A stretch of DNA of 63,648 nucleotides, counting the filler, from Choristocarpus tenellus KU-1152 (lineage: Eukaryota; Protista; Phaeophyceae), in assembly GCA_964200185.2 (NCBI GenBank). It is 12 parts of 12 records of this genome, joined end to end, with 100 filler letters (N's around TTAATTAATTAA, not from the genome) between each part and the next. Parts side by side here need not be neighbours in the genome. Positions count along the whole stretch, not along the records: positions 33,652 to 40,903 come from CAXNAD020006460.1; positions 41,004 to 47,256 come from CAXNAD020008564.1; positions 47,357 to 51,299 come from CAXNAD020017014.1; 9 more parts are not named here. The stretch is one strand, 5' to 3'. Both the position numbers and the translations under genes were made by a program. Shown in pieces: positions 35,383 through 47,610 of the stretch. Position 1 is the stretch's first letter. Each line of letters begins with the position of its first letter. The notes under the pieces were generated by a model. The model had not been told where the DNA came from, ran no database searches, and was given only the letters and a program-made list of their open reading frames with translations.

Positions 35383-36270
35383 ATTTTATTTCTTTATCAA
35401 AATAACTTGGTAACATTCTCTGAGGAAGAACAGGGTCCCTAACTCCACCTGCATGATTTAATAGTGGAAGAGTAAACAGACAACTTAGTAATGGACATTC
35501 ACACTCCCTAGTCATTGCCCAGTTTCACTCATGTTATGATATGGCTTATATATCATGCATGTGTTTATGCCCTGGACCTCAGAGAGTGGTGATAATTTCT
35601 ATCCTTCTGGACCACTGCTGCAATGGTCTTGGTGAACAAAAAAGAGCATGAGATCATACCTCCGTTCCCTGTGCCTTTTTGGAATTGCTGTATTAACAGC
35701 CTGGCTCCTACTCATACACACCTTCATACAACTCTCTGAGTTAACAATCGAGCATTATGATTGTGTTGGTGCTCGTACGGGGTGCATGATTGCATGCAAT
35801 ATGATGTGGAAGTGAGAGCAGCCCCTCACCACTCAAGCCATACACAGTTCATGGGTAATATGTGACTGATACCACCATTACATGATTGGCAAGGAACCAT
35901 GATTGCCCCAAAACTTCATTGCACAAACACTTTAATTCAATTGATCAAAAAAAATCTTCCTTTCTTGGTGCTGTGACGTCTGTTGTGAAGACTATCTAAG
36001 CACGGTATCATGCCCTACAATTAAATAAAACAATGATTGCTCACCTTGCATCGTTGTACCAGTCACTTCGGTTTTCTCGCCTCCCGAGTATGATATGCAC
36101 TAACATGAATAAACAATAATCCGGAGTATATACGACCCAACAACAAACGCAGTTGAGTATTCTACCATTTATATCAAACATAAAAATGGTATGGTGGTGT
36201 GATACAAAATCAAAAGCATTGCTCCCCTATTACCTTGTTGAAGTCTTCGTCGTAAAGGGAGGAGGTTCCT
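35383..36270 (-). CDS. Possible small multi-exon gene divergent from the USP gene
   Basis: Four short GT-AG-bounded segments can be joined to give NLLPLRRRLQQVHIILGRRENRSDWYNDARLLIQQFQKGTGNGGGVRDPVLPQRMLPSYFDKEIK*. No homology recognised and other joins are possible. Confidence 0.3.
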
Positions 36271-36771
36271 GGTACGTTGGTGGGGATTTTATCCTGTTGT
36301 CTAGGTCACCTTGGATTCTCGGTTTCAACTCATCATTTCCCCTTTTAGTTAAAACCTACAATTCAAACCAATATCTACCGCCCGATATCTTATTCTTATT
36401 GTAAATATATATTCTCTCCGATTTCTATTTCGCGGTCTTTTTCAAAAACTTGAAAGGGAGAAGGAGAGACACTCAATGTTCAGGTGAACCCACAACAAAT
36501 ATGAAGAAATGGTCTCAAGTGACACAACTCAACACTTCCATTTGACCGGAGAAAGATTTGAAGGGCACAGCAAAGTTGTTTCCGTGGAGGAAGGAAGGTT
36601 TAGGGTCTAGGGTTCCCTTCTTCAATGGCAAGAATGTGTTGTGAAGAGGTGAGATGAGCATTAGGCATGGTCAAGGAGCCAGAATATGTTGAGTGTTGCA
36701 CAGCTGTTCCAACACACGATACCACCTTTGTGAAGACAGTGTCGATTTTTTATCCTTTTCTCCTCTGAAAG

Positions 36772-39700
36772 GTTGAGGTGACGGTGTTTAAAGTACGTCT
36801 GGCAAAGCCGCCCAACAGCAGTATTGGTCTGAGGTTCGACGGCAAGAGACTAGTGGCAGGCAACACCAGCATCAAGGTACTGTATGGGCCCTATTTCAGT
36901 TTGTAAGTTAGTATGCAGTTGTTGCCCTTCTTATCCCTTGCCAAACTATTAGTCCCCATTTCTCTCTCCCCTCAAACTCTTAATCCACTTGTGGGAGTTG
37001 CCGTAAGCTATCATTTCCGCCCCCTATACATCACAAGGTTCATTCTCTTCGCTTGCAAACCGTGTCAAATCTACCCCTGCCTAGCACTCCTCTTTTTTCC
37101 TCTCTCTCGTTCTCTTTTTATTTAATCTTTATTGCTCTTCTGTTCTTCCCTTTTGGCTAGACATCGGACCTGTTGCGCGTGCAGGCATACCCCAATGACA
37201 GGGTGGAGTTCGTGTCCAAAAATTACCGTTTCAGGGTACCATGGTCAAAACAAGTCGAGGCAATCCGTGCTGAGGTTGATAAGGCAGTGGAAAATGAGCG
37301 GAATACATCAAAGGGTAAGATTGGAAGGGCATATATGCCGTACAACAACCTCAATGCACCATCAAGACCAGGTAAGACAACCAGAGGCATTAACCGTAGC
37401 TCCAGGGGAAAGGAGATGGTGGATCTGTCCAAAAAGGGCAGAGGGCACAGCAGCACGGGTAAAGGTGTGGGAACAGATATATCGTTGCAAGCATCATCAG
37501 CATCGCTCGTCAAGGTTTCATCAGGGCCGATACTCAGGGATTCATTGAATCCTCCAAAGATGTTGGGGCGAGAATTGAACATACAGGAGCAAGGTGGGAT
37601 CCTATCCTCTCGGCAGCAGCAAAAAATCACAACACATTCCAGGCAGGCGAACAGCAAAGGTTCAGAGAGTAGGACCCTGCTGGTGAGTGATGAAGAATGC
37701 CAACATGAGGGTGGGAAAGAGGTGGGATCTAGCAAACAGCAGTAGACTTGAACTTGGCCTTCCTTTCATTGTGTGTGTAAAGTTGTGCATGCTGATCCAT
37801 AGCAATGTTTGATACCCATTGTTGAGACAAAGTCTACACATATCTGTGTGCCTCCTGTAGGAGCTTGGGGGCCCCACTATTCCTTCCTAGGCCTGTTGCC
37901 AAATGCCTTAACGGAGGACTTGATTCCTCACTGCCCTGAACAAATTTAGGCTCCCTCCCCCTTGCCCCCTCACTATCATTCTTCCCCTTTGGTGGCCTAC
38001 TAACTCTGATTATTTTTTTCGGCTGCTCCTGCAGCTGCCGTCTACACACACGGTCTCTTCAAGGTCTGGTTTTGTTGGCGGCCATTTGAATAATTCAGGG
38101 CACCAGCAGCAACCAAACACAACGCATTCCAGGCAGGCGAACAGCAAAGGTTCAGAGAGTAGGACCCTGCTGGTGAGTGATGAATGCCAACATGGGGGTG
38201 GGAGAGGTGGGATCTAGCAAACAGCAGTAGACTTGAACTTGGCCTTCCTTTCATTGTGTGTGTAAGGTTGTGCATGCTGATCCATAGTAATGTTTAGTGC
38301 CCCTTGTTGAGACATAGTCTACACACATCTGTGTGCCTCCTGTAGGAGCTTGGGGGCCCCACTATTCCTTCCTAGGCCTGTTGCCAAATGCCTTAACAGA
38401 GGACTTAATTCCTTGCTGCCCTGAACAAATTTATGCCCCCTCCCCCTTGCCCCCTCACTATCAATCTTCCCCTTTGGTGGCCTACTAACTCTGATTATTT
38501 TTTTCGGCTGCTCCTGCAGCTGCCGTCTACACACACGGTCTCTTCAAGGTCTGGTTTTGCTGAGAGTCGTTTGAATAATTCAGAGCACCTCTTGATAGAT
38601 GACTTTTCCAGTGCCAGCAATGGCAGTGGTGTTCAACAATACATAGTGCACCAGCACCTACCTGCAAGGGTAAAGGGATTCAGGAACCTTGGCAACACTT
38701 GCTACATGAACGCAGTCTTGCAGGTATATCCTTGGACACTGGCTCTATTTCTTGTGGGGTGTAGAAGGAAGGTATTGGAGTCTTAAGAGAGGAAAATCGT
38801 GATTGGGGAAGAAGCAAATTGCCTTCGCCAAGGTGGATCTCAGGGGGGTTTTGATTTTGTCCAAGAACCTACTTCCAAAGTGTAACTGTAGAAACGACTC
38901 CCAGCAATATATAGTATGCATATCTGTATTTTGCTGATCAATATGGTGGTGGTAACTGTGAACAATCTGTGTCTAGATTTCCTTCAAAATCAAACTTTGA
39001 TGCTTGTTGGGCGGCACTGGTCTGCAGTGTGCATGAGGAGCTGTGTCTCTTTTCCCCTCAACTGTGTCGGAGTAGACGGAAGCTCTATTTTGTGGAGGGG
39101 GTCGTCCTTTCTGCGGAGATGTTGGCCTGGATCGATTATATGCATGGAGGAGGCGTGTTTTTTTATTGATTGAGATCTTGAACTACACCTAGAGTAGCAG
39201 ATTGTCGAGGTGGAACTGTGCCATTTGCTCTTTTTCTGCTAGGGTTTAACAAGTGTTCAGTTCAAAATTTGAGAAGCTCACAATATTTTTGTTTATGGTA
39301 CAGGCTCAGGTAAGCAGGAGGTGAATGATGTTTTCTCCCTTTGTAGAGTGGAAGAGAAGCACACCTGATGGTAGGGAAAGGGTGGGATTGATTGAGCTGT
39401 GCCATTCGCTGTGTGTACCAAAAACTCCCTCCAAAGAGGTGTGCTTACACAAAGGCGTCATTGTTGAAGGAGAACTAGTATTTATAGCATGCTTGGCAAG
39501 GAATATTGTCAACATCTTCGAATAGGAAGACAAAAGTTGCAGAGGGGAGGAAATAGCACTCTTAACCCAGGGCTGACCAGAACGCTTGCGATCCTGCTGC
39601 TGCTACAGTTGCTGCTTTTGGTATCATTTGATTACCCCTTAACTCTTTTGACCTCAGCGTTATGTTTCCTAAGCTGTTGTCCTCTGCAATAATACCCAAT

Positions 39701-40784
39701 GTAACCCAGGCACTAACCCATACATCAGTACATGGGCTCAGCACATGCGATTTCATTGTGTTTTGTTGTACTTTTTTTTGTTTTTTGTTTTTCATCTTGA
39801 CCCACGTGCATACCCCCAGCCCATCTTCTCGCTCTCGCTTCCAACCTCTATCCATCCTCTGTCATCCCATCCTGTTGCTGTCCTGCTTGCCTCCACCCTA
39901 TAGGGCCTGCTGTCACTGCAGGGTTTCATGGATGACCTCAAGCCAGTTTGCTGGGTGCGATCCATGCTGGAAAAGGGGTCTATCCAGGGGGAGGGTGCGG
40001 AGAAAGGTGGATTTAAAAAAAACAACTGATCTTTGAATGTCGTTACACCCACCTGTCATTTCTTTTTTTTTTGGTGTTAATGAAAAAAATGTTTTTTGTG
40101 TAGGTGCTATTGCTAGCACTTTCGCACTGTATATATGTGTATATTTATATGTGTATTTATATATGTGTATGTATATATACCTGTTCTCTTTCCCACTATT
40201 GATAGTGAGGACTGCCAGGATAAGGTGGAATGTGCCTGTGCTCCTGGGGGGGGGGATGCAAACTTGGTAACAATCTTGAAAAGATGAAAAAAACGGATGC
40301 TTTGGATTTCGACTGCTGCCTCACTTCTTAAAATTTTGCACCTTCATCTGATCTAATGCTCCCATCGTCCCGTCTGACCTGATTGGGGCCTTCTTTTTCT
40401 GTGTGTAATGGTTGTTCACTGCACCGTTGTAGCCGTATTACAAGGTATACCTCAAAGTGTCGAGGATCCTCGTGGGTGTACCTATCAACCTATGACAGTT
40501 CTTTGCTCTTTCCTCCACCCCTCCCCCAATGAATCTCCTTTTGCAACCACTACCCAATGATAACATGAAAAACAAGGCATTGCCTATTCTGGGGGAGAGG
40601 AAGGCAGGGGGAAAAAAAAGTCCGAGGCTGCAATAGGGATGGGGACAGCCACCTCCAAAGCTATTAGTACCCCTTCAATGAATACCAGATTGTACAAGGC
40701 CCTCCTCCGCATCTCCCTTGTAGCCTGTGGTGCCCAGGGCCTGATGGACCCAGCTATGCTCAAGAATGCGATGGATGGTTATTC
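36772..40784 (+). CDS. Ubiquitin-specific protease (peptidase C19), N-terminal region and Cys box; possibly USP37-like
   Basis: Exons 36772-36876, 37161-37682, 38035-38172, 38520-38723 (KGFRNLGNTCYMNAVLQ Cys box), 39904-40006 (GLLSLQGFMDDL) and ~40577-40784 (LYKALL..MDPAMLKNAM). Phases are consistent. Confidence 0.85.
37629..38590. repeat. ~490-bp intragenic tandem duplication (exon end, intron, exon start)
   Basis: 37629-~38100 and ~38119-38590 are near-identical. Confidence 0.93.
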
Positions 40785-40808
40785 GTAAGTTTAGAGTTTC
40801 ATCTCCCT

Positions 40809-40844
<36 letters not shown>

Positions 40845-40903
40845 TTTTTTTTTTTCTCTTTTCTCCTCCCCCCCCCCCCTCTTTCTTTTTTTTTTTCTCT
40901 TCT

Positions 40904-41003
40904 NNNNNNNNNNNNNNNNNNNNNNNNNNNNNNNNNNNNNNNNNNNNTTAATTAATTAANNNNNNNNNNNNNNNNNNNNNNNNNNNNNNNNNNNNNNNNN
41001 NNN
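40904..41003. other. Artificial contig linker
   Basis: N44-TTAATTAATTAA-N44. Confidence 0.98.
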
Positions 41004-43210
41004 CCCGCCCCCCCCCAAAAAAAAAAAGTATATTTTTTCAATTGATTCCACACGCACGTATTTATACCACCGATGGATTCTTCTTACCCGTGTACCATAC
41101 CGCCTACTAAACTGAAAACCTATTCAAAACACTCGTGCGTATATACAAAAAGAAGAGAAAAAAATAAAGTATCCAGTCACGCAATGCCCGCATTTAAATG
41201 TTAAAATTAAAAAAATGTGTATCTGACCCTCTGCACGCACACCGGTGACCCCCTTAGCAGCAGCCAAGAGGGTATTGATTGCTATTCTATTCATAAAACC
41301 GCTGGTTTTTTTGTTTGTTTTTTGGGGGGGGAGTTCGTCGTTGGTTGAAATAATAAAAAGAAAAATCATACCATAGTGATGTTGGTGCTGTCCTCCCCCA
41401 GCAGGGACGGTGTGGAAATATTTAGGTGGAAGGCGTGCGCGCTCATTTTCATGTCCAGAGTCAGACCCTCAGCACTGCAGTGGGAGGAGCAAGGCGCAGA
41501 TTCTAGTGTTTAGTCTAGTATGCTATTTTCTATCTTGGGTATTTTGGACAACTGCATTAGCGTATGGGGGTGGGAGTAGGGCTGAGGGGGGATGTTGGGC
41601 ATGGGACCAACAACAGATCGATTAACTGGTTACTTCTGTCACTCTGGAGGTGAAGTTTGTTTTTGTTTTTCTTTCCATCACTGCATAAATAATGTGCTGG
41701 CATCCCTAAAGTTGAAGTGGTGATTAAGGTGTTACGTTAACAGTTGCATTCCCTTCCCTGCTGGTCACATGACCGCTTCGACCGAAATGACGTAGTTCCG
41801 ACTGGTTTCACATCGGAAAATACTCATCCTGGTACACTAAGCTCCTGCATTTCTATTGGATAACAAGAGGCTAGGGCTTATCAAGGACCACAGCCTTTGA
41901 TGGCGTGCTTAACCTTTCCATGGTTAAAAAGAGTTGGATCATTCAGGTAATCCTGTTAAGCATGCCCACTCCAGTACTCGTTGCATTGATGTTCCCAAGC
42001 TTCCTGTGTCTAAAACATCCGTGTGGTTTTGGCAACCCGTAAGTACGACCACTTCAGCTGGTCCTTGCATTGGTCAGATCTCACATACACATGTCACTCA
42101 GAGTAAGCCACAGAGAGGTTAAATTTCATAGTCAAAAGCAGATGCCTATCGCCCCCTACACTTACTGGCCTCACACTCACTCTACAGAAGCATCCCTACC
42201 TAGCCACGATGGTAGACCTTGCTGCCAGAGGATGAGATCTGTTGAGGTACTCGACATAGAAATCTTTGGATGCCACAAGGAAGAATGTAGCCTTCATCTA
42301 GGGTAGGCCAAGCCACCAATAAAAACGACCGAGAGGTTGTGAGGGTGGGTGGGTGCTGAGGATGAACGGGTGGGAGGGCGAGCGGACCAGTTGCAATGCG
42401 AGAACTAGGAAAATCTTAGACAGCAAGCCTTCACGATTAAGACTCTTGCCTTTGTCCCCTCCTTCCACAGGGGCTCTACCGCTGCCTCTCCTGGGGCCAA
42501 TGTGATGCCACGGAGGGGGTTCATGACCCCATGCATTCTATAACACACAAATATGATATAGAAAAGAAAGAGCGTCACCTATGAGGTGAAAAGAAGAACG
42601 GGCAATGAGGAGGCGCGACAAAGAGCATTTCCTTAGGAAGGCAGACAGGCACAAAAGTGCAAGCAGCAAATTGCAACAAAATGGCAACACACATGGGCAA
42701 TGTATGCCATGGGTTCGACAATCAAGCACACAACAAAGGTCAAGAAAACAAGTGGACGCATGGAACAGCGGGATCTAGGTAAAACAAGTGGAAGCTTGGA
42801 CAGTCAAGCATAGACAAGCAGGCCTATTGATCGATGCTAAGGTTCCTGAAACATTTTGGATTAGGGACAAGATCCTTACAGACACGCAGGAGACGTTCAC
42901 GGGATTCTTTTTCTTCTTTGCCTCAGAAGACATTTCGTTTGCCATATTTCTAGCATGCACGAATGTCCCCGCTGGGCCAACCTCTTGCAGTCCAACCTTC
43001 CTCGCCAACACCTTGAGAGGTTCACAAAGGAACACACATTTGAATAATCCCCTTTCAATAAAATAAAAAATAATGAAAAAGTACCTGTACTAGGGTTAGG
43101 GATTACGATCTCGTTGAAACGACTTTCGACTTTTCGTGGTTTGTTGTCCTTCCCCTCCCACATGACCCTCAACCACACTACCCCAAGAGTGCTTCCCTAG
43201 GGAGAGATCC

Positions 43211-46200
43211 ATGAAGGAGGCAGAGGCTGAGCAGTGTGAGAAGGGCTTCTACGAGTACACTCCCCTAGCAGCAAGGCAAGGCGATGTATCTCCACAGTAC
43301 TCAACTATTGAGAACGGATTTGGCGTACTCTCTCCCACTCGCTTTCGTAGAAACAACCTTCACATCGACGTCTCACACGACACCCCTTCCGAGAGGGAAG
43401 GGGAGGTGAACACAGCAACTGACAGATGTGGAATGAGGTGTGTTCGTCCACAAAAGTGTTTCTAAGGCGCATCTGGGAATGGCAGTCGAAGATATTGTAC
43501 GACGAACACAACCAGGCTTCACGTGTTCCGATGTCATCACCACTGTCTTCCAAATCTCCATAAGTTCTCACATTCATTCAGCAACGAAAAGCTTTTTTCT
43601 GCAAACCTTGACCGCGTTCACCAGTTCGAGGGGACAGAGTCCTCTCACGTCTCCAGTTACCGATACATTCCCCGTCCTGGTGCAAGGATCTACGGGCTCC
43701 GTGCTAGGGCACAGGGGCGACCCAGCGGTAGTGGGAGACAGAGATACATTGTGGATTAGCAATGAAATGGGTACAACAGTTTTGAATGGAGGACTAACGT
43801 GTCAGGTAACCACTATCGCCTGCTAAGTTGACCAATGTGGAAATATCAGGCGAGAAAAATATGTAGTCCAACCCCACGAGAGAGCACGCAATGATCATCG
43901 GTGATTTTCACAATACTGTGTAGTTCAGTACACGAAATATGTTATACGACAGATTTACTTGGAGTTCTTTGTGCTATTCATTGTGCGCTAATTCCTTTCA
44001 AACCTGAGTCGATTAGTTTAGCGGATGGTTTAGGGCCAACATTTTCTTTGGTGGGAGAATCTCAACGGGGCGTTAGGGTTGCTAAGGTTGACGAGGTATA
44101 GGCCGAGAATCCCATTGGCTCAACACGACATACGGTGCAATGCAAAAGTTCTATAGGTGCAAACAATTTTCTTGGGGTCATACTCCCAACCCCTCGCACT
44201 TCAATTTACTTAGATACTTATCATTGTGCACGAGGTATTCCTTTTTTGAAGTGACCAGTGCTCGACTTTGCTTACTTCCTCAAGTTGGAAAGGAGGGAGA
44301 AGGGATACCGACCCCTAGACATATGCCCCCCCACTCTAAGATTTTTTGCTTACATACAGCCTGTGAATCGCATCAATGCTGTGAATCGTGGACATCTTCA
44401 CTGTCGGCCTTACATATATCGCCAAATATTGTGCATAAAAATGTCTGCACACTTCCATATTTTCCTCAAACAGCTGTGCATGTCAGCAGTCAACTAATGA
44501 TTTTGGTGGCCAATTGGTTGTATTGTGGGGAGAGGAGTTGTCCTGATCCTTGGAACCGGGCCAGTTAGGGTCCTGATGCTGTTCCGGTGAAAGTGGAGAA
44601 AACCCAAGTCATCGAGGATAGTTGGCAATGGAATCCACACACAGCGGGTTTATCCGGTATACTTAGCATGTGATAGAGCCGATCCAGAAGGATGCATATA
44701 CATTCTGAAAATTTAGTTGCATATATGTTATTTTGTGGTCACTCCTAGAGCATATTGCAGTTGAGGAAAGGTGGATGACATGAACATCAACTAGATGACC
44801 TGTATATTTGCCAATCCAAACAAGATTTATTTTGCCCCTGTATTACCCCCTCCACCTCAATATTTTACCAGCAGAAATTTCCGTTCATCTAGGCACGCAT
44901 CAATCAAAACCACACTACCCTTTGGTACTTCCTGATATATCTCTTCGCCCCTTGAAACCACAGCTGGTCATATTGATGGAACTGAAAATATGTATATATA
45001 TAAATATATATATATTTCCTCCGGAGTGTGTGTATGTCTCGGACGCGTAAAATATCACATGAAAAAATCAGCCGTACAGACCATAAGCAATATTGAGTCA
45101 GTCCGGCATGACAAACCCACTCCATTCGGTGGAAGCAGCATAGTTTTGTTCCATATTTATATCTCTACTACACCCTAAGCCTTAAGCCTTTGGAAGATAC
45201 GATAGCACTGGGTTGGGGTGCAGTGACCACCACCTAGCTCATGACGTAGCTGAGACGAAACTGAGGGAAAGCTGCTTCACATAGATAGGACTGTGACCCA
45301 TGATAGTGGGGTGGTCTGGAGCCGGAAGAGGCGGTTGGGTTGACCGGATCTGTACTATTATCGAGTGAAAGTATCTTAGAGGGTTATGGACAAACGAGTT
45401 TTGCCCTGTTTGTCCATTTGGGTCTTGGCTTCCCATGGGGTAATTTCATGACATTTTCCTACTCCAAAATGTTTTGGAGTAGGTAAAACGTATACGTAAC
45501 GAAAAAGTGTGTTCAGAACAGGGATATTGACACTTCCTAACAAACACGGTAGCCAAAATTACGTCAAAATCGCAACATTGGATTTTGTCCCCTAAATGGA
45601 CGCGGCTCTACCCTCTAAGATACTTCTGCTCATCCTCCTGAGCCGAAGTGAATGAGAGGTTCCAAGGTTTTGGCCTCTTTGCAATTCACTAACATTTCTA
45701 AGCATGAAGTCATAAGGTTGGGTTGAGAGCGTTTTATTTCCCCTATCGTTTGAAATTTTTCCGACACAATTCAGAAAAGTTACAAAAAAAATGTTTTTCC
45801 CGCGCCCATTTGTAAAAAAACGAACAAGCAAACGGATTTTGCCCGCACTTGTCACCATCCTTAAAGCGCTAGACTGGGGGTACCCTCTAAATTACTTTGA
45901 CTCTCTACGAGGTACACTGCATCGGTGACAACCTCACTAAGCTGCCTTCTTGTGGTCATGGTCACAATACATACACCCGTACTCTATGATTCTCATTGAT
46001 TCAACCTTCAAGAACAAGATCGCAATGAAATGATAATTTTATTTTTTACGGTCTATTGAAATTCCTCCCTTGGTTCAGACAGTGAGAACACAGCCCTTAC
46101 TTGCTTTTGGTCTCTTCCATGGTGATAATGGCCCCCTGCTTGGTGTGAAAAGCAGGGCAGTTCGATCCAAAGGCTTCCCAAAACTCTCTTGGATGTCATG

Positions 46201-46679
46201 GAGGAGACAGAGGAGGCCCAAGAAGCTAATGAGAAAAGTGATCTTGAGAGCTCATTGAGGAGTCCGTTTTTGGAAACCAGAGTCGAGGTGCGTGGTCCTC
46301 TTCCAGCACATCACCCTGGATAAACTCAGATGTGCACGTCACTCACACATACTCATACACTCAAGAGTACATTGGTGAGCATGGGAATGCAAGCAACCCA
46401 TGAGGTTGGCTACTCCCAAGAACTTGCCAGACCCCTCCTACCAAAGACTGTCTCTCGTCTCAGACCTGAGCAAACCACACCTACCTGCCTGTACTGCACT
46501 AGAACCCTTCAACAGTCTCACCACTCTGCTGTGCGCTCAGTTGTACACACACAAACACATTTGAACACTGTTTTTTATAATACTATATCAACCCCGCTTG
46601 CTCTGCCATCATGACAAATTTAAGTCGGAGCAAAGGCGGCCACTGCAAAACCCAAGATTCACACATAGTACCAACACCA

Positions 46680-46723
<44 letters not shown>

Positions 46724-46927
46724 ACACGCACACACACTCACACACTACCGCTTCCATTTCCCTTGTGTGGTGGACGTTACCCATGCCGCTCTCCTCAGGA
46801 GCAAATGCCCCTGTTCGTGAAGCACCACCAGGTTCCGTTTGCAGTCGCATTTGCAGTCTTCATTAACATCATGGATGCCTGCACTTTTGGGACCATCCTT
46901 TTTCCTACAGAACTGGCAGAGTTCAAT
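43211..46927 (+). CDS. N-terminal part of a SulP/SLC26-like anion transporter (Vsb1/YGR125W type)
   Basis: Exon 46832-46927 VPFAVAFAVFINIMDACTFGTILFP resembles the PAxxxGLLxNILDALSYGMIxFP first TM motif. Candidate upstream exons 43211-43437 and ~46161-46287 join in phase but are less certain. Confidence 0.55.
45363..45631. mobile_element. MITE copy 2 (269 bp), TSD ATC
   Basis: ATC|GAGTGAAAGTATCTTAGAGGGT...ACCCTCTAAGATACTTCTGCTC|ATC. Confidence 0.9.
45640..45903. mobile_element. Second MITE subfamily (264 bp): same TIR type, different interior
   Basis: CCT|GAGCCGAAGTGAATGAGAGGTT...TACCCTCTAAATTACTTTGACTC|TCT; left TIR degenerate, TSD matches at 2 of 3 bases. Confidence 0.6.
46681..46745. repeat. 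(CA)n microsatellite
   Basis: Seen directly. Confidence 0.95.
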
Positions 46928-47213
46928 GTGAGTAGATAGAGCCTGCTCTTCTTGCCGTTGTACCTACCTGCTTCAGGCACAAAAGTGTAAGAAGACTCTG
47001 CCCAGCATCATGAGGACTCACACTTGCCTTGCACGAGTCTTGTCGGATACAAGTAGTGAACATATCCACCTCTGGCCTATTCCTTGAGCGTGTGCAGCTT
47101 CTCTAGTGATAACTATGTTTTCATACCAGGCTGTGAACGATCAACACTGTGTGTTTTGTGTGACTGTTGTGTCTTGACTGGTAAACTTCAGCTAGCTATG
47201 ATGCTAGATGAAT

Positions 47214-47256
47214 GACCCAAAGTATCTGAGGGGAGGGGGGGAGAGGGGGTCTACAC
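47214..47256. mobile_element. TIR end of a MITE-family relative at a contig end
   Basis: GACCCAAAGTATCTGA(G)n..TCTACAC. Confidence 0.7.
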
Positions 47257-47356
47257 NNNNNNNNNNNNNNNNNNNNNNNNNNNNNNNNNNNNNNNNNNNN
47301 TTAATTAATTAANNNNNNNNNNNNNNNNNNNNNNNNNNNNNNNNNNNNNNNNNNNN
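47257..47356. other. Artificial contig linker
   Basis: N44-TTAATTAATTAA-N44. Confidence 0.98.
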
Positions 47357-47517
47357 GGGGGGGGGGCAACACCAGGGTGTCTCTTTGGACCATAACTAGG
47401 AAAAGTGTACTTATATTATCCATCCGAAATGTATGCAACCCAACCACACAAAAATCGCTACATGAAAAAATTGGCCCCAAATGGACAGCCACCACCCCCT
47501 CCTAGATACTTTGAGTC
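47357..47517. mobile_element. Truncated MITE-family relative
   Basis: AAATCGCTACATG..TTGGCCCCAAATGGAC..CCTAGATACTTTGAGTC shares the subterminal motif and TIR with the complete copies. Confidence 0.65.
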
Positions 47518-47610
47518 TGAGCTCTAGCTCAGGCCTAGAGCTACCACTGAAGCTACGACTGGAGCTAGGGCTAGGGCTAGGGCTAGGGCTAGAGTTTGGG
47601 CTATGGTTAG

